A stretch of DNA of 64,000 nt from Anaeramoeba ignava BMAN (Eukaryota > Protista > Anaeramoebae), in contig JAPDFW010000063.1 in assembly GCA_028826165.1 (NCBI GenBank), positions 1,302,001 through 1,366,000 of the forward strand, read 5' to 3'. The notes under the pieces were generated by a model. It was not told the origin of the DNA. It made no database searches and was given only the letters and a program-made list of their open reading frames with translations. The position numbers and the translations under genes were made by a program. Below are positions 1-11,742 of this stretch, piece by piece (the first letter of the stretch is position 1; each line of letters opens with the position of its first letter).

Positions 1-2
1 AC

Positions 3-578
3 CCAGATCAAAACAAACAAAACTATGAGGAATATTTAGAAAACATAGTGACTGATTATGATATTTATAAAAAGACTTATAGATTTATTCCAAATCAAAA
101 AGAAAAATTTGATTCAGAATATGAATCTGAAATGGCAAAAAAATACGATGCTAAATTATTTAAGGAATTTGGAATAGTTGATTTGCAGTTTTATAAACAG
201 GGTAAAATGGGTACTCGTTGGAGAATAGAGAGAGAGGTTATCCAAGGCAAAGGAGAAACTATCTGTGGTGAAGCAAAATGTTTAGAAACATTAAATTTAC
301 AAACTTTGGAGATTAATTTTAATTACTTTGAAAATGGAAAAATTCAAAATGCTCTCGTGAAAATTAGGCTTTGTCCTAAATGTTTAAAGAAACTAAATGT
401 TTGTAAGCAAATTTCTGCTGAAGGAATTGATAAAAAATTGGAGAAAAAGAAAAAGAAAAAGAAAAAGAAAAAAAGAAAATCAAATAAAGAAAAAGAAAAA
501 AAGAAGAATAAAAAAAAGAAGAATAAGAAAAGGAATAAGAATAAGAATAAGAATAATTCGAATAACCAAAAAATATGA
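3..578 (+). CDS. FRA10AC1: FRA10AC1 homologue (spliceosome-associated), 5'-truncated by window edge
   Basis: Frame open from position 3. Motifs AKKYDAKLFKEF..DL..YK.GK.G.RWR.E.EV..GKG...CG...C, E.NF.Y.E.G...NALVK.RLC..C..KLN, then a Lys-rich tail. Confidence 0.9.
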   Translation, partial: PDQNKQNYEEYLENIVTDYDIYKKTYRFIPNQKEKFDSEYESEMAKKYDAKLFKEFGIVDLQFYKQGKMGTRWRIEREVIQGKGETICGEAKCLETLNLQTLEINFNYFENGKIQNALVKIRLCPKCLKKLNVCKQISAEGIDKKLEKKKKKKKKKKRKSNKEKEKKKNKKKKNKKRNKNKNKNNSNNQKI

Positions 579-694
579 TTATTTTTTAAATCATTTTGTT
601 TTGTTAATGAAAAAAAGTTAAAATCAAAAATTTTATTCTTTTTTTTGTGTTTTTTTTTTATTAATTTTCTTGATTAAATCTGAAAGATATTTAA

Positions 695-3600
695 TCAGTT
701 CTTAATATCAGGTTTATTAATAAATTTTTGGATTATTTCTGATTTATTTTGAATATCCTAATTTTTATTAAAATTAAAATCAAAATTAAAATCAAAATTA
801 AAATCTAAATTAAAAATTAAAATTAAAATTAAAATCAAAATTAAAATTAAAATTAAAATTAAATATAAAATTAAAATTAAAATTAAAATTAAAATTAAAA
901 TTAAAATTAAATTTAAAATTAAAATCAAAAATTAAAATTAAAAATATAAATTACTTTAACTAAATTTAATATAGTTTCAATTAAATCTGAAGGTGATTGA
1001 TTTGAACGTGATTTCAAATCACGAAGTTTTTCATCTTTAGAAATTCCAAGAATTTCTGTTTTGCTTTTTTTTGGTGGAATAACATTTTTATAAGATCCAA
1101 CACTTTTTGAACGAGCTGCTTTGAATGAAAAGGGAGTTTCTTGTTCATCTTCAGGAAATTGAATATCAGTTTGTTTTTCTTTTTTCTCAGTTTCATCAAA
1201 TATTATTTGTGTTTTTAATCGACTTTGTATTGAACTTTTTTTTAAATTATTTTCTATTCCTTTTTTTATATCTTGTTTAATTTGGCTTGGTAAACTAATT
1301 CTTTTTCTTCTTGGTTTTTTTTCTTTTTTATTCCTTGATTCTATTTCTGCTCGTAATTCTTTTTTTTTTTAAAAGAATTTATATTTTTAAATATTTATAT
1401 TTTGGAATATTTATATTTTGGATATATTTATATTTTTAAATATTTATATTTTGGATATATTTATATTTTGAAATATTTATATTAAATATTTATATTGAAT
1501 ATTTATATTTTGAAATATTTATATTTTGGATATATATTTTGAAATATTTATATTTTTAAATATTTATTTTTAAATATTTATATTTTGGAATATTTATATA
1601 TGGAATATTTATATGGAATATTTATATTGAATATTTATATTTTTGGATATATTTATATTTGGAATATTTATATTTAATTTGAATATTTATATTTTGAAAT
1701 ATTTATATTTTGGATATATTTATATTTTTGGATATATTTATATTTTTGGAATATTTATATTTTGAAATATTTATATTAAATATTTATATTGAATATTTAT
1801 ATTTTGGAATATTTATATTTTGGAATATTTATATTTTTAAATATTTATATTTGAAATATTTATATTAAATATTTATATTTTGAAATATTTATTTTTAAAT
1901 ATTTATATTTTGATATATTTATATTTTTGGAATATTTATATTTTGGAATATTTATATTTTTGAATATATTTATATTGAATATTTATATTTTGAAATATTT
2001 ATATATTGAAATATTTATATATTGAATATTTATATTTTAAAATATATTTCGGATATATTTATATTAAATATTTATGTTAAATATTTATATTTTGGAATAT
2101 TTATATTTATATTGAATATTTATATTTTGAATATATTTATATTTATATTAAATATTTATATTAAATATTTATATTAAATATTTATATTTTTGAAATATTT
2201 ATATTTTTGAAATATTTATATTTTGAATATTTATATTTTGGAATATTTATATTTTGGATATATTTATATTAAATATTTATATTGAAATATTTATATTTTG
2301 AATATTTATATTTTGGAATATTTATATTTTAAATTTATATTTTGGAATATTTATATTGAATATTTATATTTTGAATATTTATATATTGAAATATTTATAT
2401 ATTGAAATATTTATATATTGAAATATTTATATTTTGGAATATTTATATTTTGAAATATTTATATGAATTATTTATATTTTGAATATTTATATTTTGGAAT
2501 ATTTATATATTAAATATTTATATTTTTGGAATATTTATATTAAATATTTATATTTTGAAATATATTTTAAAATATTTATATTTCGGAATATTTATATTTT
2601 GGAATATTTATATTTTGGAATATTTATATTTTGGATATATTTATATTTCGGAATATTTATATTTTGGAATATTTATATTTTGAATATTTATATTTTTGGA
2701 ATATTTATATTTTGAAATATTTATATTAAATATTTATATTTTGAATATTTATATTTTTATATATTTATATTTTTGGAATATTTATATTTATATTGAATAT
2801 TTATATTTTGAATATATTTATATTTATATTAAATATTTATATTAAATATTTATATTTTTATATATTTATATTTTTGGAATATTTATATTTATATTGAATA
2901 TTTATATTTTGAATATATTTATATTTATATTAAATATTTATATTAAATATTTATATTAAATATTTATATTTTTGAAATATTTATATTATATATTTATATT
3001 TCGGATATATTTATATTATATATTTATATTTCGGATATATTTATATTTTGATATATTTATATTTTTGAAATATTTATATTTTGAAATATTTATATTTTGG
3101 ATATATTTATATTAAATATTTATATTTTTGGAATATTTATATTGAATATTTATATTTATATTAATTATTTATATTTTGGAATATTTATATTTTGGATATA
3201 TTTATATTTTGGATATATTTATATTTTGAAATATTTATATATGAAATATTTATATTGAATATTTATATTTTGGATATATTTATATTTGGAATATATTTAT
3301 ATTTTTGGGATATTTATATTTTTGGGATATTTATATTTTTGGAATATTTATATTAAATATTTATATTTTGGAATATTTATATTGAATATTTTATATTTTG
3401 AAATATTTATATTTTGGAATATTTATATTTTGAATATTTATATATGGAATATTTATATTTTGGAATATTTATATTTTGGATATATTTATATTTATATTAA
3501 ATATTTATATTGAATATATATATTTTAAATATTTATATTTTGAAATATTTATATTTAATTTCTTTAATTTCTTTAATTTCTTTATTTTCTTTAATTTCTT

Positions 3601-4346
3601 TAATTTCTTTTAAATATTGGAATTACCCTTCACTTGTTGTTTAAGTCTCTCTATTTTTTCTTGTGAACTATTCTTTCCCATTTCAAGTTCTGTTTGTAGA
3701 AGAATTTGTTCTTCAACTGCTTTATTTAATTTATCTGCTAACATTTCATTTGTCATCATCAATTCTCTTTAATTCATTGAAAAAATCAAAATCAAAAAAA
3801 AAAAAAAGTAAATAAATATAAAGAATAAATTTTAATCAATTGATTCTTCTTCTTCTTCTTCTTCTTTTTTAAAAACCTTTGTTTTCTTTCAAAATCATCA
3901 TTAACTTGTTCAAGTTCTCTTTTTCTTTTTTCAGTTTTATAATTCAATTTCATTAAAGTTTCCTTTTCATTTTCTAACTTTTCAATATAACCAGCATTTT
4001 CTTGAAATATTTGAGTTGTTTGATTCTAAATATAAATTTAATTAATAAATGATCCAAAAATAATGAAGAAAAAATATTTATTCGGAATTTTTTTCCAACA
4101 CAAAATTTGATTGTTTTTTACTTTATATCTTTCAAATTGATCTGATAATATTGAATAATCATTTTCTAATTCGTGATTTTTTTTTTCTAATTCATTATTT
4201 TGTTGTTCAAGTTCGGCTTCTAATTCAAGTGAACTTTCTTGATATTCATTAAAATTTTCTTGAAGATTTTGAAATTCTTTAAATATTTTATAATAAAGTT
4301 GCTTCCAATATTCAAAAGATTGAGATGATTCATTTGGTTCTTCCAT
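695..4346 (-). CDS. NDE1: NudE/NDE1-like dynein regulator, 5 exons (4346-4122, 4025-3877, 3766-3627, 1358-955, 757-695)
   Basis: EYWKQ..FNEYQESSLELEAELEQQ, RELEQVNDDFERKQR, KLNKAVEEQILLQTELE match the NudE coiled coil. GT-AG junctions keep frame; the third intron is about 2.27 kb of tandem repeat. Confidence 0.85.
1375..3560. repeat. Degenerate ~14-18 bp tandem repeat (ggaatatttatatttt-like) filling NudE intron 3
   Basis: Recurrent aatatttatat core read directly in the sequence. Confidence 0.9.
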
Positions 4347-4495
4347 ATTAAAAACAAAATTTAATAAAATTTAATAAAATGAAAATTAAGTTAAATTTTA
4401 ATTAAAAAAAAAAAATGAAAATCAAAATTAAAAAAAAAAATTTTTTAAAAAAAAAAAAAAAAATAAAAAATCCAATTCATTTTTTTTTTTCGTAA

Positions 4496-5155
4496 ATGCT
4501 ATCTAATAAATCATTACAAAACAAAATTGAAGAATCAGTGAATATTATTGAGACAGCATTAAAAAAATATGGAGAAAATAAACTAGCGATAAGTTTCAAT
4601 GGAGGAAAAGATTCAACAGTATTAATGGAAATAATAAACTGGATAGCAAACAAGAAAATCAAAACAAAAGTGAATTTAGATCCAGATCAACTAATTGTTT
4701 TCAATACAAAAAACAAAGATGATTTTGAAGAAATAAAAGATTTTATAAAAAAATCACTATTTCGTTACAACATCAAAACATATCAAGAATACAACACAAA
4801 TTTAAAGACAGGATTAAAAACAATGCTTGAAAAAAACAAAACGGTCGAAGCAATTTTTGCTGGAATGAGAAAAACGGATAAACCAGGAATAAATGGATCA
4901 GACTATTTTCTTCCTTCTGATCCTGGTTGGCCAAAAGTTATCCGTGTTTCGCCAATTCTGAACTGGGAATATAAGGATGTCTGGGATTTTCTTCTTGAAA
5001 ATAACGTCCCTTTTTGTAAATTATATTCTTATGGTTATACTAGTATTGGTTCAAAAAATAATACTCAAAAAAATCCTTTCTTGAAGGTCAATAACTATTA
5101 TCGTCCTGCTTGGGAGCTTTCTGACCCCTCAAAAGAAAGAGCCGGTCGCAAATAA
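4496..5155 (+). CDS. FAD1: FAD synthase (PAPS-reductase fold, Fad1-type), intronless
   Basis: ISFNGGKDSTVL, AIFAGMRKTD, PSDPGWPKVIRVSPILNWEYKDVWDFL, PFCKLYSYGYTSIG, ERAGR. Confidence 0.92.
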   Translation: MLSNKSLQNKIEESVNIIETALKKYGENKLAISFNGGKDSTVLMEIINWIANKKIKTKVNLDPDQLIVFNTKNKDDFEEIKDFIKKSLFRYNIKTYQEYNTNLKTGLKTMLEKNKTVEAIFAGMRKTDKPGINGSDYFLPSDPGWPKVIRVSPILNWEYKDVWDFLLENNVPFCKLYSYGYTSIGSKNNTQKNPFLKVNNYYRPAWELSDPSKERAGRK

Positions 5156-5224
5156 TTCCCTCCTTTTATTCCCTCTTTTAGATTCTTTTTTTTTTCTTAA
5201 TTCCAAAAATTCTCCAAACAAATT

Positions 5225-6390
5225 TATTTTAAATATAAATTCATTTATAAATTTAAATCAAAATATCAATTTAAATATCAATTTAAATATCAATTCAAAT
5301 ATAAATTCAAATATCAATTTTAAATATAAATTTAATTATCAATTTAATTACCAATTTAAATATCAATTTAAATATCAAATTCAAATATAAATTCAAATAT
5401 AAATATTAAATATCAATTTAAATATCAATTTAAATATCAATTTAAATATCAATTTAAATATCAATTCAATTTAAATATTAATTCAAATATAAATTTAAAT
5501 ATAAATTTAAATATCAATTTAAATCAAAATATAAATTTAAATCAAAAATATAAATTTAATTATAAATTTAAATATCAATTCAAATATCAATTCAATTTAA
5601 ATATAAATTTAAATATAAATTTAAATATCAATTCAAATATCAATTCAATTATCAATTCAAATATTAATTTAAATATTAATTTAATTATCAATTTAATTAT
5701 CAATTTAAATATCAATTCAAATATAAATTTAATTATTAATTCAAATATAAATTTAAATATCAATTTAAATATCAATTCAAATATCAATTCAAATATCAAT
5801 TTAAATATTAAATTTAATTATAAATTCAAATATTAAATTCAAATATAAATTCAAATATAAATTTAATTATCGATTTAAATATCAATTTAAAATATCAAAT
5901 TCAAAATATCAATTCAAATATTAAATTTAAATATCAATTCAAATACTAAATTTAAATATAAATTCAAATACTAAATTTAAATATAAATTCAAATATCAAT
6001 TTAAATATAAATTTAAATATCAAATTAAATATTTAAAATATAAAATTTTAAATATCAATTTTCAAATATCAAATTTAAATATAAATTCAAATATCAATTT
6101 AAATATTAATTTAATTCAAATATCAATTTAAATATAAATTTAAATATAAATTCAAATATCAATTTAATTATCAATTTAAATATCAATTTAAATATAAATT
6201 TAAATATCAATTTAAATATCAATTTAAATATTAATTTAAATATCAATTTAAATATTAATTTAAATATAAATTTAATTATTAAATTTAAATATCAATTTAA
6301 TTATAAATTTAAATATCAATTTAAATATCAATTTAAATATCAATTTCAAATATAAATTTAAATATCAATTTAAATATCAATTTAAACAAT
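5225..6390. repeat. 12-bp tandem repeat (aaatatcaattt variants), intergenic
   Basis: Read directly in the sequence. Confidence 0.9.
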
Positions 6391-6571
6391 TTGTTTGTTT
6401 TCTTTCTTTTTCTTCTTTGTTTTTCTTTTCTTTTCTTTTTTTCTTCCTTTCTTTCTTTCTTTCCTTTTTGATTTGATTTGGATTGAGTTGAATTCCTCAA
6501 AATTTAATTAAATAAAAATAAAAAAACTTTAATTTTTTTTTCATTTTTTTTTTCATTTTTTTTTTAAATAA

Positions 6572-9500
6572 ATGGAAAAATCTCTTCATAAATTTTCAAG
6601 TATTGGTAATTTCCAAATGGTTAAAGATTTAATTGATAATGGGGCTGATGTAAATGAATTAGATTCAAATGGTTTGTTTTATTTTATTTTTTTTTTTGAT
6701 CCAAATTCAACAAACCAATTTTATAAATAAATTTTTATCGATTTTCCAAATAATTTTATAAATGAATTTTATAATTAATTTTATAAATAATTTTATTAAT
6801 AATTTTATATTTAATTTTATATTTAATTTTATAATTAATTTTATAAATAATTTTTATAATTAATTTTTAATTATTTTAAATAATTTTTATAAATAATTTT
6901 ATAAATAATTTTTATAAATAATTTTATAATTAAATTTAAATTAATTTTATAATTAATTTTATAAATTTTAAAAATAATTTTAAATATAAATTTAAATATC
7001 AATTTAATTAAATAATTTTAATAATAATTTTAAATATTAATTTAAATAATTTTAAAAATAATTTAATAAATAATTTTATATTTAATTTTATAAATAATTT
7101 AATAAATAATTTATAAATAACTTTTATAAATAATTTTATAAATAATTTTATAAATAATTTTTATAATTAATTTTATAAATAATTTCTTTATAATTAATTT
7201 TTATAAATAATTTTCTTTTCTTTTTCTTCCTTTAATTTTATATTTTATTTTTCTTTCCTTTTGATTTGATTTTATAAAATAATTTTTAAATTTTTAAAAT
7301 TTAATTTTAAATAAAAATAAAAATTTTTAATTTTTTCATTTTTAATTTTATAAAAATATAATTTTATAAATAATTTTAAGTATTTTTATTTCCAAATTTT
7401 TAAAGATTAATTTTATAATTAAATTTTATAATTAAGATCCAAATAATTTGTTTTTATTTTATTTTTATAAATCCAAATTCAACAAATTAATTTTTAAATA
7501 AATTTTTATCCGATTTTCCAAATAATTTTATAAATAATTTTATATTTAATTTTATAAATAATTTTATAAATAATTTAATAAATAATTTTATAATTAATTT
7601 TATAATTAAATTTATAAATAATTTTATAAATAATTTAATAAATAATTTAATAAATAATTTTATTATTAATTTTATAAATAATTTTATAAATAATTTTATA
7701 AATAATTTTATAAATAATTTTATATTTAATTTTATAAATAATTTTATATTTAATTTTATTAATAATTTATAAATCAAAAAAGGATTTAGTCCACTTTTTT
7801 ATACTTCCAATAACAACTCATTTGAAATTGCACAATATTTAATTAATAATGGAGCTCAAGTAGAAATTTATTCAGGAGATCTTGGACAATCACCTTTACA
7901 TTGGGCTTGTATTATGGGAGCACTTGAAGTTGCTTATATTTTAATTGAAAATGGAGCTGATATTAAAAAAGTGTGCAAAAAATTTATTATTATTGTTATT
8001 ATTAATTCAAAAATGAAATGTATTTTAATTTTATATATAAAATTAATAGAAAGATGGTCAAGGATATACAGCTCTTCATCTTGCTGTTCAACATGGACAA
8101 ATTTTAATAGCACATTTATTACTTTCTAAAGGTGTACCAATTGATATAAAAGATTCATCTAATCATTCACGTAAATATTATTTGAATATTTATTTTGGAA
8201 TATTTATTTTTGAATATTTATTTAAATATTATTTTAAATATTTATTTTGAATATTATTTTGAATATTTTAAATATTATTTTGGAATATTTATTTGAATAT
8301 TTATTGGAATATTTATTTGAATATTTTAAATATTATTTGAATATTTATTTGAATATTTTAAATATTTATTTTATTATTTATTTAAATATTTATTTTGAAT
8401 ATTATTTTAAATAGCATTGCATTGGACAATTTTTAAATCACATGACAAAACTTCATATTATTTAATTAGTCGAGGTGCTAATTTGAATCTTCAAGATATA
8501 AATGGAAATACTCCACTTCATTGGGCAGTTTATACCAAAAATACTAAAATGATTCAACTATTAATGGATAAAGAAGTTAATTTAGAATTAAAAAATTCAG
8601 AAGGAAAATTAGCAATTCAAGCAGCAGAAGATCTTCCTGAAAGGAATACTATAAATTTTATTCGCAAAATTCAAATTGAAAAAGACATACTATCAAAAAA
8701 AATATTAGGAATGTCTCACAAAAAATTTTTTGCTATTCTTCCTTTTTTGGTTGAATTGATTATATTTCTTGTTAATTCCTATTTAAAGTTTAGTAGTGGT
8801 GCTGCTATTTCATTTATCATTTTTTGGATTTTAAAAAAATGGATTCAAAATTATCCGAAATTTGAACCAAATCCTATTCCTTTTGGGATAGCACTTTCAG
8901 CTTATGCATTTATTAATATAACATATTTATTGAAGTTGAGAAATTATATCCTTTTGAAAATTATTCAAAATATTCAAATTATTTAAAATATTTAAAATAT
9001 TCAAAATATTCAAATTATTTAAATTTATTCAAATTATTTCAAAATATTCAAAATATTCAAAATATTTAAAATATTCAAAATATTCAAAATATTCAATTTA
9101 TTCAAAATATTTAAATTAAATTTATTCAAAATATTTAATTTATTCAAAATATTTAAATTATTCAATATATTCAAAATATTTAATTTATTCAAAATATTCA
9201 ATTTATTTAATTTATTCAAAATATTCAATTTATTCAATTTATTCAATTTATTCAAAATATTCAAAATATTCAAAATATTCAAAATATTTAAAATATTTAA
9301 AATATTCAATTTATTCAAAATATTCAATTTATTTAATTTATTCAAATTATTCAAAATATTTAAAATATTCAAATTATTCAATTTATTTAATTTATTCAAA
9401 ATATTTAATTTATTCAAAATATTTTAAATTATTATTTAAAATATTCAATTTATTCAATTTAAAATTTATTCAAAATATTTAAAATATTCAAAATATTTAA

Positions 9501-11142
9501 AAATATTTAATTTATTCAAAAATATTCAAAATATTCAATTTATTTAAAAATATTCAAAATATTCAAAATATTCAAAAATATTTAAAATATTCAAAATATT
9601 CAAAATATTCAAATTATTCAAAAATATTCAATTTATTTAATTTATTCAATTTATTCAAAAATATTCAAATTATTTAAAATATTCAATTTATTTAATTTAT
9701 TCAAAATATTTAATTTATTCAAAATATTCAAAATATTCAATTTATTCAATTTATTCAAAATATTCAAAATTATTCAAAATATTCAATTTATTTAATTTAT
9801 TCAAAATATTTAAAATATTTAAAATATTTAAAATATTTAATTTATTCAAAATATTCAAAATATTCAATTTATTTAAAATATTTAATTTATTCAAAATATT
9901 CAAAATATTTAAAATATTCAAAATATTTAATTATTCAAAATATTCAATTTATTTAATTTATTCAATTTATTCAAAATATTCAAAATATTCAAAATATTCA
10001 AAATATTCAAAATATTCAAAATATTCAAAATATTCAAAATATTCAAAATATTTAAAATATTCAATTTATTCAATTTATTCAAAATATTCAATTTATTCAA
10101 TTTATTCAAAATATTCAAAATATTCAAAATATTCAAAATATTCAAAATATTCAAAATATTCAATTTATTCAAAATATTTAAAATATTTAAAATATTCAAA
10201 ATATTCAATTTATTCAAAATATTCAAAATATTCAATTTATTCAAAATATTTAAAAATTAAATGTGTTTCTTTGATAATAATCTAATACATCTCCCAATTT
10301 TTTCATCAAGATCTATCATCACTTTCGTTATTTTTGATATTCTTTGTTTAGTGCTTTTCATTAGGCTTATAACAAAAGATCCAGGAAAAATAAAAGATCC
10401 ACCATTAGACATTCAAAAAAGACTCCAAGAATACATATCTGATCCAAAAACAAAACGAAAGCTTTTGCAATCATCTTTTTGTCCATTTTGTGCAATTGAA
10501 ATGCCATTAAGATCACATCACGAACGCAATTCAAATCGATGCATTGCACATTTTGATCACTATTGTATTTGGGTATTAAACGCTGTTGGAGAAGATAATT
10601 ATCACGCTTTCATTGGTTTCACTTTTGTTTATCCATCAATTCTAATATCTTTTGTCAATTTGATTTTTCAAGCACTTTTTGCCGAGCCAACTTTAACGGA
10701 TTTTCATAAGTTCTCAATTTTTCAAATTATTCGAAATATTTATGCAAATCAAACTTTTCTTTTTCTTAATATTTTGCAATCAATTCCGCTGATACTTTGG
10801 GGATTTGCTCTTTTTATTCAATATGCTTATTTGATTGCAATTAATTCAACTTCTTATGAAAAACTTGCAAGAACGGAAATGGGTTATTTTTGGGAAACTG
10901 GTTCATTCCATAATCCTTTTAAATTCAAAAATCCAATTCTTAATTATCTTCAATTTTTCAAATTGAAAAAAGTTGTTGATTGGAGAAAAGTTTATACAAT
11001 TCAAGAATATAATTCAATAATAAAAAGATCTGAAAAAGCTCAAAGAAAAATTATTTCAATTCCAAATGATTCCAAAAATGAAGTTCTATTAGATAATGAT
11101 AATAATAACAATAATAATAATTCTAAACAAAAAAACCAATAA
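6572..11142 (+). CDS. AKR1: Ankyrin-repeat DHHC(DHYC) palmitoyltransferase, Akr1/ZDHHC13/17 type; exons 6572-6671, 7783-7970, 8050-8170, 8415-8945, 10289-11142
   Basis: Ankyrin repeats (GQSPLHWAC, GYTALHLAV, GNTPLHWAV), TM helices, KDPG, and CPFC..MPLRSHH..NRCIAHFDHYCIWVLNAVG with the Akr1-type DHYC. The last intron is AT-AC. Confidence 0.9.
6700..7780. repeat. 12-bp repeat (ataaataatttt) in Akr1 intron 1
   Basis: Read directly in the sequence. Confidence 0.8.
8946..10288 (+). other. U12-type (minor spliceosome) AT-AC intron
   Basis: 5' end ATATCCTTTT at 8946; branch-like TTTCTTTGAT at 10266-10275; terminal AC at 10287-10288. Splicing joins AAT T|AT CTC in frame. Confidence 0.82.
8960..10258. 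repeat. 9-bp tandem repeat (aaaatattc / aatttattc) filling the AT-AC intron
   Basis: Read directly in the sequence. Confidence 0.9.
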
Positions 11143-11209
11143 AAATCTTTTTTTTTTTAAAAGAAAAAATAAACACAAAAATTAAAAGAAATTTTGAGAA
11201 ACATTCCAA

Positions 11210-11742
11210 ATTTTAATTTTGATTTAAATTTTAATTTTGATTTCAATTTTAATTTTTTTAATTTAAATTTTAATTTTAATTTTAATTTTAATTTTAATTT
11301 TAATTTTAATTTTAATTTTAATTTTAATTTTAATTTTAATTTTAATTTTAATTTTAATTTTTAAATTTTAATTTTATTTTTAATTTTAATTTTAATTTTA
11401 ATTTTAATTTTGATTTTAATTTTAATTTTAATTTTAATTTTAATTTTAATTTTAATTTTAATTTTAATTTTAATTTTAATTTTAATTTTAATTTTAATTT
11501 TAATTTTGATTTTAATTTTAATTTTGATTTTAATTTTAATTTTAATTTTAATTTAAATTTTAATTTTTAATTTAAATTTTAATTTTGATTTTAATTTTAA
11601 TTTTAATTTTTAATTTTAATTTTAATTTTAATTTTAATTTTAATTTTAATTTTAATTTTAATTTTAATTTTGATTTTGATTTTGATTTTAATTTTAATTT
11701 TAATTTTAATTTTAATTTTGATTTTTAATTTAGATTTTAATT
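11210..11742. repeat. (TTTTAA)n hexamer microsatellite between convergent genes
   Basis: Read directly in the sequence. Confidence 0.9.

Noticed and set aside
2479-10244. ORF-track entries such as IFKL, NILN, IKIK, FDFD, YIYI repeats here and elsewhere
   Set aside because: Stop-free translations of microsatellites or alternative frames of N/Q tracts.
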